Source of the DNA: a virus
Taxonomy: Duplodnaviria; Heunggongvirae; Uroviricota; Caudoviricetes
DNA length: 60,152 bases
IMG/VR virus record: IMGVR_UViG_3300034355_001008
Reading direction: 5' to 3' (one strand)
Positions 37,265 through 49,161 of this stretch are shown here, piece by piece. The position numbers and the translations under genes are program-made. The notes beneath the pieces are model-generated. The model worked only from the letters and a program-made list of their open reading frames with translations. It searched no databases and was not told the DNA's origin. Position 1 is the stretch's first letter. Each line of letters opens with the position of its first letter.

Positions 37265-37411
37265 AATGATTGATTGATACTGGCGGTTGGGTTAAGCTCC
37301 ACTCATCATGGCTGTGACAGTTCGGCGCAAATCAACCAATCATTCATAGTGCTTGTCTTTCCAAGCTGTCAGTACGGTAAACTGCAAAAACCCCCGTGAC
37401 TTGGAGCCGTG
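37265..37411 (-). ncRNA. Structured RNA: C4-antisense-like hairpin plus 14-bp-stem domain
   Basis: CTGACAG-GCTTG/CAAGC with GAAAGA loop; 14-bp stem 37344-37331/37278-37265 with one G-U on minus strand. Confidence 0.5.
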
Positions 37412-40288
37412 TTAAAACTCGTAAAATTCGTCTATTATTTCACCGGATATAGTTTCTGCTGTGCCACGATAAAAACTCATAGCAGTTTCGCCCAATTTAA
37501 CTGTATGTCCTGCTTTTAATTCAAATCGATAAATGCGCCAATGTGCACCGCCATAGCTAACCTCTATTCGTAACCCATCAGGTCCAGGATCGGTATAACC
37601 AACATATTTAAACGCATATTTATAATAACTATCAAATGTTACTTCAACTTCAGCGTACTTTTCTAGAAATTCATCTCCACTTAATTCCATTATTTTCTCC
37701 ACATATCAACAATCCAAAAAACGGTTCTATTAAACCACTTTTTAAATCCATTAATACCGTCATATTCAGTCATACAAGCATAAAACATACCTATTGCAAA
37801 ATAAATCCCTATAATCAGTAATGTCATAAATTCCATGCTATTTCTCGTTTGCCAGAGTTAATGTACCAACATATGGTACCCAATCGTGCATCCACTGTTT
37901 TGTATTAGTTCCAATAGGCAAGGATGTAAATTCTCCCTGTTTAAGTAATGTTCCCTCAGATATACTGGTAAACAAAACAATTTGTTCGTTTGGAAAAATA
38001 CCTAAACATGGATAAGATATGCCATTTTCTGTTTTATGTTCAGTTGATTGTACTATAATTGCCATTTTATTGTCCGTTAGTTAATGTTACTTTGCTATCA
38101 AATTTTTCCCAAGTATTAATCCAATAATCTTTATGAGTTCCCATTTTGTGGCTTGAATGACCTTGATGAATTACCGTTCCTGTGTGTTGGTCAGTAAACA
38201 AAACAAGCATATTATCGGGATATCTACCGATACAAGGATATTCAGGCGATATTTCATTTTTGATTAATTTTGATTTAATTGCCATTACTTCATCTTTTTT
38301 ATGTTTATAAATTCAACAACATTAACATCAAAGCCATTCATACTTGCCTCAAGGATAGCAGCAAAACGCGCACCATCAGAAGTTCTAGCTTTTTTATAAA
38401 CTGTTAATCTGGGTTCGTTTTTAAATTTCATTTCAACTTCAAATTCGTTCATATTAATTCTCTAATAAATCCCATGATTTTTGCGTATTATCTTTCATAC
38501 CTAATATAGCAAGGATACGATTAATTTCTGATTTACATTCCGCTATAGTATTCTCAGCGAAAAACCGTTTTCCACCCTCAATAGGATCGAGGATTTCATA
38601 GTATTCAATGTCTGAGGATTTAACTCGTTTCGATACTACAGATCCATGTTTATCTAAACGCCAATCAGCGCAAGCTGAATAAACAGGATCTATAATAAAA
38701 CCTTTATATCGCATAATTCTCTCCTAGCCTTTAATAAGGAAAACAGTTGTTAAAGTATAATTTATTATACTCTATTGCAATAGATTAGTCAAGCACTTTT
38801 TGTGCTTCATCACGAGATTTATAATAATAAAATAATTTTACATAATGCGCGAATTGTATCGGCTCTTGACGATGATTGGGTAAAGTCCCAAACATCTCTA
38901 TCATCTCGTCATAAATTGCTTGCATTTGAACGTCACTCATTTTAAATCTTCGTCAGCGAATATGGTAGCTACGGAGGTATACAACCCCCAAAGGACGATT
39001 GCAACTCCAAAAAATGGCCAAAAGAAAATTTCCAATAATCTCAACGGTTTTGAGTGATGCAGAATTCTACCAATATGCCCGCTCCAAATTCCCATACAAG
39101 CATACACAACTCCGACAATAATATAATCAACAATATCGTGCATTATAAATCCCCTAAAGTTTTTCCGTGGCAATCTAATTTGTCTTGTGGAATATAATCT
39201 AATTGCATTATGCTAATCGCATATTCATATTTTCCAGCACGCCATGTTTTCTCTGCTTCACCTGCCAAAGCCGCTAAAGTCTGCGAAGAATAAACTCCAA
39301 TAACATAACTGTGATTTTCTCGATCACCCCATCGCAACATTTCCACTACAAATAAAACACCATCATTTTCCATTTTAATCTCCGAATATTTCTTTTTCGC
39401 TATTTTTTTCTAACGCAATCATATCAGTTTTCATGGTTATAAGCATACCAACATTATCTTCTAATGCACGAGCAATTCGCATTTTTTCAGCATCACCAGT
39501 TTCATTATATTTTTCGATAAGTTTCATTCTACGATCAATAGTTTCTTCCAAATTGTCCAAAACTAATTTCATATTTGCTTTTGTTTTCTGACCAACTTTT
39601 TTTATTTTGCTCATTATTTTCTCACACAATAACCATTGATCATAACATTCTTATCCATTTTTACTCGTAAATCATTAACGATAAGTTGTCTTGCAGTTTC
39701 ACAATTTTCCGCTGATCCAAATATCTGAGGATCTGGACCTGGCTCTAAATTTGATCCCGCGAATGAAATAAAAAAATATAAAATGTAATTCATATCAATC
39801 CTTTTTATCCAATACGATGACCTGATTTATTTAAAATATCAGAATCTTCTGTTAATTTTGCTACACCGATATAATTGCCATTTATATCCCGTAGAGTAAA
39901 TTCTTCTTCTGTTATATCAGATAACGTATGATGAATTTTGTCGGCTAAACGAACAAGGGTATTCGCTATCATACCATTCATGTTATCAACAAATTCATCG
40001 TTTTCACATTCAAATTGTAATTTAAATTTTAGCATCGTTGACCTGAATTAACATTTGTTTTTGTTTAAGGGTATGCTGAACAGGATACCAAATTTCATCA
40101 ATTTTTACGCCAACAATATCATGAGCGTAAATTTCGCCAGTTTCGTGCCATGTACCAAATACCTCGGCATAACGATAATTTCCGCGTTTGTTATCGCGCA
40201 TAATTGCTTCCCAACCGTTGCGCAATTTAACTCTAACGCCTTCTTTTAAGTCATTAGTATAGATTCGTTTTTCAAGTAATTCGGTCAT
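37412..40288 (-). CDS. Cluster of about 12 small hypothetical ORFs
   Basis: 37412-37702, 37838-38065, 38067-38285, 38285-38452 (manual), 38454-38714, 38937-39173, 39143-39373, 39375-39629, 39805-40035, 40022-40288; co-oriented, tightly packed. Confidence 0.6.
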
Positions 40289-40305
40289 TATTTAATTCCT
40301 AATAA

Positions 40306-41328
40306 TTATTTTTCGTAAATAGCTGATACACAGTTGCGACAAATAGTATCATATGAATTTTGAATCATTTGTTGATGTTCTAGCTTTCCCCAAAAATCTG
40401 CTAATTCATGAGTAGATAAATCTCCAGCAATATTTTCCATATCATAATCATTACAACACAAAAATACTTTACCTATAGAATTAATATGTAACCATCCTAC
40501 TGGTCTACCGCCAATTTCTGGTTCATAATTACAGCCAATAACTCGTTTTTCTGCATTATTATTTTTTAAACGGGTATCAATTACATGTTTATTTGTAATT
40601 ACTTCCGATAAATTTCCAGCTCTATCAATTAAAAAAGAAAATGGATATATTTGTGTATTAGGAAACATTTTTTTAGCAATTTCTAATTGAGTAGCAAGTT
40701 CTCCACTATCAACATCTAAATCCATGTCTACCGGAAAATCTGGTCCTTTATCTAACCAACCACCAAGACCGCTGAATGAATTATTGTTTGCTCCATTAAG
40801 CCGTATTAATAATTTATTAGAAAACTCTTTTGTTGCATATTCAAGGTTTGAAATTAACTTATCAAATAATTTTGGATTCATTCCGCTACGTTTACTCCAA
40901 ACATCTCGCTCAAATGCAGGAATGTTTAAGTGTATACCATTAACTGCATTGCCGTATTTTTTAATTAAATCCACTTTGTCTGGAGTTAAAGGAGTTCCAT
41001 TAGATAACAACATAAAAGATATCTCATATTGCTCACATAATTGCAATAATCTTTCTAAATGAGGATATAATAAAATTTCATTATAATGCGAAGTATAAAA
41101 CCACCGAAAATCTTTACTTACTAATCCATCTTGTTTATCTCTTTCAGAAATAATATTTTTAATTATTTTTTCAAGTAACTCTGGACTCATTACTGCTCGA
41201 CCTTCTGCAGGATTTCCTTGATACTTAACAGGACAAAACCAACATCTAGCGTTACATACGCCATATGGATCTAATTGTAAATTTTTGATTTTATGTTTGT
41301 TAAATTCTTCCGCTATATTGGCAATCAC
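40306..41328 (-). CDS. Radical SAM protein with SPASM/twitch-like C-terminus
   Basis: CNARCWFC motif; SNGTPL; GC...GKVFLCCND...CRNC. Confidence 0.9.
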   Translation of the reverse strand: MIANIAEEFNKHKIKNLQLDPYGVCNARCWFCPVKYQGNPAEGRAVMSPELLEKIIKNIISERDKQDGLVSKDFRWFYTSHYNEILLYPHLERLLQLCEQYEISFMLLSNGTPLTPDKVDLIKKYGNAVNGIHLNIPAFERDVWSKRSGMNPKLFDKLISNLEYATKEFSNKLLIRLNGANNNSFSGLGGWLDKGPDFPVDMDLDVDSGELATQLEIAKKMFPNTQIYPFSFLIDRAGNLSEVITNKHVIDTRLKNNNAEKRVIGCNYEPEIGGRPVGWLHINSIGKVFLCCNDYDMENIAGDLSTHELADFWGKLEHQQMIQNSYDTICRNCVSAIYEK

Positions 41329-41548
41329 GTGTATTCCTTGAAATTAATTGTATAACTTATTATACTCTACATAGTAAAATTTGTCAAGCACTTTTTAAAT
41401 CTTTTTTTGCTCGTTCTAAAGCCGCATCCATAATGCCCATTGTATTAGGTAAATCCAAATCATTTGCCACCATCATATCTTTGGCTAATTGCAGTGCAGC
41501 TACCAATTCTTCTACTAAGGTTTTCTCGTTTGACATTATTTCCTCCGA

Positions 41549-42228
41549 TTACCAACTATTTTCAGTTATTTCTCTATGACATTCCGCGATAATTAACCTA
41601 GCAAACTGCTCTAAATCGTTTAATGTCAAATATCCGCGTTCTTGATAAGAGGGATGTATCCAGTTATCATCCCCAGTTTCTACCCATCCAGCTTGTTCAG
41701 CTAATTCTTTAATTTTCTGATTCATCTTGTAAAAACGTCCTCCATATTGCTTCTTGATAGTCGCCAGTTCCCTGTATTAGATTGCCATTATCAATTGCTT
41801 GGTAAATACTCATACAACGCCTAACGATATCTTCACCGAATTTTAACATTTCTTTTTCGGTATATAAATCTAATGGATTATCTTTATATTGATAATCTAC
41901 CGCAAAAGGATTTGGTAAATAATTTTTAATTTTCTGATTCATCAAGCAAACCATAATGTTTTTTAACTTCTTGTTCGATAGTTCTAGCAACACTTGTTCC
42001 TGCTTCATATCGCACTTCGTCTAAAACAAAACACAAAACATCTTCGATAACCAGCTTAACCAAAGAACTTAATTCGTCATCAAAATCTGCATCATCAGTT
42101 AATGATGTATCCCATACTTCAATCAATTCTAATATTTTTTTATTCATTTGATATAACTCCAACTTAACGGTTGGCGAATTAACCGCTATTTTCATTCGTT
42201 CTAAATCGTAATTAAATGTTTCTGTCAT
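41549..42228 (-). CDS. Three tandem related small ORFs (41549-41725 manual, 41709-41942, 41926-42228)
   Basis: MNQKIKELAE / MNQKIKNY / MNKKILEL segments; two end DESEN overlapping next ATG. Confidence 0.65.
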
Positions 42229-42551
42229 AATAATTTTTCAACGTGACCAACTTCATAAATTTCAATACTTTCTATTGTATGAAAACCATATTCGGTTACA
42301 GGAAGAAAATCCCAAAATATATCAAGAACTTCTTCGTCGTGATCAACCGTTTCCTTGTCTACATATACATCATATGCATGTTCACCATCATCACAATTTT
42401 CGTTATAATTGAAATTATGATAGCTTGAATTAGATTTAATCTTTTGAATTAAAGGCATTATAATCGCTAATGTTTCGTCGGTGATTGCAGTTAAATTACT
42501 TGCATAATCACCATCATTCATGTCTACTTTTACTAACATATAATTTGCCAT
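42225..42551 (-). CDS. Acidic hypothetical protein
   Basis: 108-aa ORF. Confidence 0.6.
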   Translation of the reverse strand: MANYMLVKVDMNDGDYASNLTAITDETLAIIMPLIQKIKSNSSYHNFNYNENCDDGEHAYDVYVDKETVDHDEEVLDIFWDFLPVTEYGFHTIESIEIYEVGHVEKLL

Positions 42552-42563
42552 TTCTCGATCCTA

Positions 42564-43289
42564 TTAGTACGTTAATCCCAATGCTTTTCTACCAGGAGTT
42601 AAATAATCTTTTTCTTTTAAAGTTTTATAAGTGTGACAACATCCACATAAAGTTTGTAAATTTTCCCCTGCATTATTTGAAGGATTTCCATCTATATGAT
42701 CAACTTCTAATTGACTAGATAACATAATAGTGGTAGTGCAACGAAAACCCAATCTACTATCAACATTTTCGCAATATGTTTTTAATGCCCAACGGTATGG
42801 ATGTAATGCATTTCTACGTTCCAGAGCATTAGCGTATCCTTCATTAACGGCTAACTCTTCTTTTTTAAATGTGGCATATTCAGCATAATTTTGAAAACCA
42901 TTTTCAATTGCTAATTGTTCGTTTAAAACTGTGCGATATTCAGCATAATTTTGAAAACCATTTTCAATTGCTAATTGTTCGTTTAATGCATTTCTGCGAT
43001 CTGCTGCTGATTTAAATCCGGTTTTCACGGCTAATTCTTCTTTTTTAAATGCAGCATATTCAGCATAATTTTCAAAACCAGCCTCAATGGCTAATTGTTC
43101 GTTTAAAACTGCGCGATATTCAGCATAATTTTCAAAACCAGCCTCAATGGCATTTTCTTCTCGTTGCCGTTCCGCTATTTTATTATGATGAGATTTACAA
43201 AAGTTACGATAGATTGTGTTACCATTTCGCTGTTTACCAGCTGTTGCTCTATGATTTTCACAACCTTCTATTGTACATAATTTAGTCAT
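42564..43289 (-). CDS. HNH endonuclease with six 20-aa repeats
   Basis: LEVDHIDGNPSNN...NLQTLCGCCHTYKT; N-terminal Cys/His motif; repeats at residues 43-162. Confidence 0.85.
   Translation of the reverse strand: MTKLCTIEGCENHRATAGKQRNGNTIYRNFCKSHHNKIAERQREENAIEAGFENYAEYRAVLNEQLAIEAGFENYAEYAAFKKEELAVKTGFKSAADRRNALNEQLAIENGFQNYAEYRTVLNEQLAIENGFQNYAEYATFKKEELAVNEGYANALERRNALHPYRWALKTYCENVDSRLGFRCTTTIMLSSQLEVDHIDGNPSNNAGENLQTLCGCCHTYKTLKEKDYLTPGRKALGLTY
42804..43163 (-). repeat. 60-nt tandem repeats in a 180-nt higher-order unit
   Basis: ATATTCAGCATAATTTT(G/C)AAAACCA recurs four times on the + strand. Confidence 0.85.
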
Positions 43290-43298
43290 TTTTCTCTC

Positions 43299-46200
43299 CT
43301 AGTTTACTGAACATTTTGCTGAATAACCTAATAAACCGTCCTGTAACTCACGCTCAATAGCAGGCTTATTTTTTTCTATGTAAAACTCACATTCCGCATA
43401 GGTATCGAACTGCATAATGGTTACTTCTGGAGTTCCGTTCGCTATTTGCGCGGAAGTAAAATACATCATTAATGTTAACACTGCACCCATTTTTATCTCT
43501 CCTAGTTAATTAGTATAACTTATTATACTCGACTGCATGCAGTATGTCAAGCACTTTGTTAAATTTTATTCATTTGGTATCGCAATTAAATGACAATGTT
43601 GCGTTCTAGGTAAATTTTTTTCGCATTCATTAATTAATGTATCGCGTTGATATACTAAATGCCAAAACCCATAAATCATCAACAAAATTAGTAATGCCAA
43701 GGCATATAAAGCATTATTATTTTTCATTCGTCTATCTCAATAATTCTAACTTTGCGGTCTTTTGCCGCCTTTCTTGCTTTGTGTGCATTAATTGTTTCTC
43801 TAGCTCTATTTTCAAACCATGACGAAGCATGACCGTTTTCATTGTCTAAGCCTACCCAAAACAAACCCCACAATTTATATTGCGGAAAATATTCTACAGA
43901 AAGTTCGCCGGAATAAATGTATTCCGGTTTTTCTAAAATTCTATATCTACTCACCTAAGTACGCCCAAAAGTTGTTATGAATAGACATTAAAGCATCGCT
44001 ATTTAAATACATTGTACTTTCTTGATTTCTTGGATCGCTATGTAAACTTACTATTTGATTTGATACAGTTCTAATATCTAGGACATAAAATTTAATCCCA
44101 CCATCAGCAGTTAGTGGTTGTAAAATCATCGATGTTATTTTATCCGCTGCTAATATAATATCAGCGTCCTTGCATGGAATTCGTATTCTATTTTGACTCA
44201 TAGCCTTTTTTCTCCAATAATTCTAGGAATGTTTTTTTCTCGCAGCCGCCTAAACCGTCCATATCCTGACCAACTTGCCAAACGTTTACGTTTTTCCATA
44301 GGGCGATAACTAAGTTAAAATCATTTTGGTCTAATTCATATAATAACTTTTGGGCTTTCTTGATTACTCGGTCAGTTCGATTAAAAGAACCGCTCTTCCA
44401 GTCGCGTGTTTTGACCTTCATAGTCAAATTAATGGCATTAACTTGACACACGCTCAGGGCGATTACAGGACCGAAATCTTGGTAAAGTTCATTGTATATT
44501 CGTTGATGATTCATTTATATCTCCGGTTAATTAAGTATAAGTTATTATACTTTACGCAGTAAAGTTTGTCAAGCACTTTCGCGTAAGTTATTATTCACCA
44601 ACCACCCTCAAAATTTGGTGGAGGGTCAAATTCATTAGTAATGAATTCTCTCATAGTACGGCTTTTAATCATCAGTTTTTCACCATCAGCGTTGTAGGCA
44701 ATCCAGTCTTTACCATATATTATTTTTCGACCTCTTACAGTATCAATCACCCAGTCTAACTCAAGTATTTTCCTTGGGTCACCTAATCCATTTGAAATAA
44801 CACCATCTGGTATTTTATCTTCATCAGGGAGAAATTGCTCTATTTTAATTGCTTTAAATTGACTCATTACTTTATCGCCCTCATTACAATTTTCTTTTTT
44901 AAGTTTGTATATTTGGCATTCCAGCTGTTTAACATAAACATATATTGAATGCGGCACTTTAAAATGCTCTGATAATTTAGTTTCTAAATTTGTGCAGGAT
45001 ATAAAATATGAGGATGCCATTATTTTCTCCAATTTTTATACGCGTCTATACAACTATCAAACTCGACTCCATAGATCTCATATTGAGCCTGACAGAACGA
45101 TTGAATATGAATAGGTAACTTAGTATCCTGTTTTGCAGTTAACTCGATAAACCGAAATGCAAGCGAAATTATCAAACAAAAATAAACAAAGGTTAACGCT
45201 ATATATGCAATTCTCATGTTATTGTATCATGTATAAATTGGTTTCCATATTTTCCGGTTCGTTATTATTTAAACATAAGTAATGCAATGTGTGTAAAGTT
45301 CCAACAATTTTTTGTTACTAAAACTGCGCAGGTTAATTAAATCGCCTAGTTCGCCACAATCTTCTAATTGTATATACAAATCAGAACTTAATATTGCATC
45401 GATAATTAAATCTCTCATTTTCCCCTCCGCTATTTTGGAAACGCTTTCAGGACGGCACTGGGTTTTCACCAGTAACTGTGGTCAGCAGTATGGTATCCCG
45501 ATTAGTCCAGACCATAGGAACCACCCTACTCGCCAAACTATCGTTAAGCTGGAATCGTTTACCAGCAAAGCCGTCCTGAAAGCGTTTCGTTTAATTTAAT
45601 TATGATTCATTATACCTTATCCGCTATAACAAAGCAAGCACTTTTTACTTAATTTTCTCGTAAATGTGATAACAATACACGACCTCGATTTCTGGTTCAT
45701 CATAAATGTATTCAGTGGTAGGCGTTTGTGTACCTATATAATCACCCCATTTATGCCATCTCCAACCTTCATATCTAGGTTGACCAGATTTAGTGATTTT
45801 ATGCAATAACACTACGAATTCGCGCTCTGTGGACGTTAATTCAGGGATGACTTCAAGTAAATTTTCAATTCCATCACAAACACCGTAATACCACGCAGCA
45901 TCATTTGTTAGGAATTCGGGATCTTTAATATATGAGTTAGAACGCTCAAGCGCATATAACTGAAATGAATAATAACTTAGATAAACACCCTCTTGTAATT
46001 CAAGTTCTTGGATAATCGGGTTACTTTTTAACATTTTTCCTCCAAATTTATTCCGGCTCGAATCATTCTTTTTTGAGCCCATGAAAGGATTGCACATTTT
46101 TCCCAATACTGCGCTCCAGCGTCGTCTAACATTTTGTTAAACCTATTGAACGCTATTTTCTTTCCTTTCTTTGTATAGGCTGAAATAAACATACGGATAA

Positions 46201-46967
46201 CATATTCAACATTATCGCCTAACCATTCTTGACTTCTATCGCGTTTATTCATGTTTATTTAACGTGTCCGCAACGTTTCCAATCTGCATAAGTAGAATAA
46301 TCATTAAATACAACATAATCACCAGCATTTGCGTTTACATAATGATTTAATATTTTTCTAACGATACCGTTAGGAAACGCCTGTTTTGCCGCATATCTAG
46401 TGTTAAAATAATTCATTTTTCATCTCTCCGGTTTCAATTAAGTATGATTCATTATACTTTACTGCGTAAAGAATGTCAAGCACTTTCTACTAAAGTTAAA
46501 TCACTTTCCCAAAAAATAAGCAACACCCACTCCAAAAGGATTGTTATCTAATACCAATCCCAATCGTCCGCTTGGGCGTTCAACAATTGACGAGATAGCA
46601 CCGTATGGTAATGTTTCTATTGCCGCTACCACGCCCACATACGTTCCTTTATGTAATCCAGTCAAGGTTACGCTAACTCTATCGCCAATTTTAAACATAA
46701 TCAAACCTCCGCGCTGTTTAACATTTCATACATAAAACGGCAATCAGCAGGACCAAAGCAACCAGTAACATAAGATACATATAGGCTTTGCCAATCGGAA
46801 TTTAACTCGCTTTTGCAGTCTAACATCCCCGCGATATGATAACTAAACGGTTGGTCGTCATTTTCGTAATACGCAATCACCTCGGCGATTAAGGATAAAT
46901 CATTCATTTGTTTCTCCTCTATTAAGTATGATTCATTATACCTTATCCGCTCGAACAAAGCAAGCAC
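43299..46967 (-). CDS. Run of small hypothetical early ORFs
   Basis: 43299-43490, 43724-43954, 43947-44201, 44188-44514, 44595-45032, 45020-45217, 45269-45469, 45645-46106, 46028-46252, 46501-46704, 46701-46905; interspersed early promoters. Confidence 0.55.
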
Positions 46968-46978
46968 TTTATTAAATT

Positions 46979-47048
46979 TATAAATACTTTTTTTCTTCCA
47001 TAAAAAAAGCTAGTCGCGGACTCTGACATCCCACTAGCACTAATCATT
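46979..47048 (+). promoter_or_regulatory. Late promoter plus conserved structured leader, copy D
   Basis: TATAAATA; GCTAGT-CGC-GGA-loop-TCC-C-ACTAGC-ACTAATCATT. Confidence 0.8.
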
Positions 47049-47065
47049 CTTTCTAGGAGTTACCT

Positions 47066-47866
47066 ATGACCAGCACAAGTATATATTCAATCTACAAATT
47101 CACAAATAAAATAAATTCAAAATCGTATATCGGAAAAACAATCGATATTCCTACGCGATATTCTAAACATAAAAAAATTGCTGAATCTGGTTTAGGTTTT
47201 GCTATTCATAATGCAATAAGAAAATATGGTATCGATAATTTTACGTTTGAAATTATTTTTCAGGCAAACAATACCTTGATAACTGAAAAAACATTTACTG
47301 ATATTTTTGAGAATTATTTTATAAAAGAATGTCGTTCACATGTTACCGAGCATGGTTATAACTTAACATGGGGTGGTGAAGGTTTTGATAAAGAGTCACA
47401 AAAATTCTACGCTGATAAACGAACTGCAGAGGGCAAGAATCCATTTTCAGGCGGAATGATACAATCTAAAAAACAACAAGAATTAGTTATGTTAGGCGAA
47501 CATAATTTTCAGGGCAGTAAAATGAATGAATATATGTTATTAAATAATATTCATCCATCACAGAATTCTGAGAATTGTGAACGTATTTCTATTAGAGAAA
47601 AACAAAAGATTGCTAATGGAACACACGTATTTCAGTCAGAAAAATTTAAAAAGAATCAAAGTAAAATACAACACGAATTAGTCGCGTCTGGTAAACACCA
47701 TTTGTTAAGTGGCGAAATACAATCTAAAAGCAATAAAACTAGATTAGAAAAAGGAGAACACCCATCGCAATTTAGGGTTTGTTGTTTATATTGTCAAAAA
47801 GAAACTGACTTACCAAATCATAAAAGATGGCACGGTTCAAACTGCAAAAAAGCAGGCGGGAGTTAA
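47066..47866 (+). CDS. GIY-YIG homing endonuclease
   Basis: SIYKFTNKINSKSYIGKT, HNAIRKYG.DNF.FEII, ENYFI, GYNLTWGGEG; G.H.FQ-like repeats. Confidence 0.88.
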   Translation: MTSTSIYSIYKFTNKINSKSYIGKTIDIPTRYSKHKKIAESGLGFAIHNAIRKYGIDNFTFEIIFQANNTLITEKTFTDIFENYFIKECRSHVTEHGYNLTWGGEGFDKESQKFYADKRTAEGKNPFSGGMIQSKKQQELVMLGEHNFQGSKMNEYMLLNNIHPSQNSENCERISIREKQKIANGTHVFQSEKFKKNQSKIQHELVASGKHHLLSGEIQSKSNKTRLEKGEHPSQFRVCCLYCQKETDLPNHKRWHGSNCKKAGGS

Positions 47867-47872
47867 CCCGCC
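47855..47872 (-). terminator. Intrinsic terminator
   Basis: GGCGGG/CCCGCC stem followed by TGCTTTTTT on minus strand. Confidence 0.65.
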
Positions 47873-47880
47873 CACCAATC

Positions 47881-48858
47881 TTATTTTAACATAACAGTTC
47901 GTGCCATTGGCTTCCAATCAGATTTATCCATTAGAAATAACGCGGCTAATTTTTCCATAGATCGTAGGCTAATTTCTTTCATTTTATCTAAATGTTCTTC
48001 CATAAATGTTAACAATTCTTGTTCTTCAGATTCAGTTAAACCTTTAGAACGTAACATACCATCACGAACAGTTAACTTAATTTTTGCCATTACTTCACGT
48101 TTGGTTTTAATTTTTAAATCTAACACCAATGAACGCGATTCTAATGCTGATAAATGAGCTGAATTTTTGTTATTACCAGCGGCTAATTCTGAGAAGTTTA
48201 AATTGGTTAGGAAAATAACATTTCCTTGGTAATCGAAATAACGAGGAATTTCTTCGCCGTCTTGATCGGTAAATTGTTTTTCTGAACCCCATGATACCAT
48301 ACGAGTGTCTTTTAATTCTAAAGCCGCTTTTAGAATATTTAATGCAGTTTCATCAGCGAAAATTGAATCAACGTCGTCTAATACAACAGTTTGTCCAGCC
48401 GCGCGATTTTCCCACAACAAACGGAACAAATGGGTAGCTTTAATGTAACCGCGATGAAACACATAACCATAATCGCCGCTGTTAATTTCAACTAGGATTC
48501 TATTCACTTCATACGATTTACCCAAACCTGGAGCGCCAGCAACGATTAAGGAGTTAACTTTATTTTCTGCTACTGCGCCAACCAATTTATCTAAAGTAAC
48601 ATAAGTCTCGCGGATACGTTTATCTAATTCGCTATCAGTTTCAGCAGGTTTAGCAGGAGCGGTCGCTACGCCAGTGATTTCTAAGTCAGCAGAGAATTTG
48701 AACACGCCACGACCAACGCTATTTGACATGTTGATAATATGGTTTGGCCATTTAGCACCAGTGGTTTGGCAAACTTCCTGAGCTTGTTTACGAGTAATGG
48801 TACCAGTTTCAGCGATTGAAGGAAAAGCAGTTACAGCAGCAGTTTCGAAATTTAACAT
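47881..48858 (-). CDS. P-loop (AAA-like) ATPase
   Basis: GAPGLGKS Walker A, VVLDDVD Walker B, FLTN, LESRS. Confidence 0.85.
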   Translation of the reverse strand: MLNFETAAVTAFPSIAETGTITRKQAQEVCQTTGAKWPNHIINMSNSVGRGVFKFSADLEITGVATAPAKPAETDSELDKRIRETYVTLDKLVGAVAENKVNSLIVAGAPGLGKSYEVNRILVEINSGDYGYVFHRGYIKATHLFRLLWENRAAGQTVVLDDVDSIFADETALNILKAALELKDTRMVSWGSEKQFTDQDGEEIPRYFDYQGNVIFLTNLNFSELAAGNNKNSAHLSALESRSLVLDLKIKTKREVMAKIKLTVRDGMLRSKGLTESEEQELLTFMEEHLDKMKEISLRSMEKLAALFLMDKSDWKPMARTVMLK

Positions 48859-48938
48859 TTTTTATATTCTCCGAGTAATTAGTATGATTCATTATAACTT
48901 ATTGATCCGAACAAAGCAAGCACTTTTTTATCGGAGAT

Positions 48939-49067
48939 TTACATATTTTTGTACCAGCGAATAGATTGGTACACGTCTTCAACGTCTAAGTCAAATTCTT
49001 TAGCGATTTTGTCTAAAGTCCAACCGCTTAGGAACAATTCATACATATCTTGTTGTAATTCTTTCAT
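48939..49067 (-). CDS. 42-aa HTH-like protein (paralogue 1)
   Basis: Manual: MKELQQDMYELFLSGWTLDKIAKEFDLDVEDVYQSIRWYKNM. Confidence 0.65.
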   Translation of the reverse strand: MKELQQDMYELFLSGWTLDKIAKEFDLDVEDVYQSIRWYKNM

Positions 49068-49161
49068 TTTTCTCTCCAGTAGGCGTTTCGCCGTTTTTTA
49101 TTAAGTATGAGTTATTATAACCGATTGTTCCGAGGAAAGCAAGCACTTTTTTATCGGAGAT

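Noticed and set aside
37028-37273. 81-aa + strand ORF
   Set aside because: Antisense to the structured RNA and a conserved gene; no RBS or motif.
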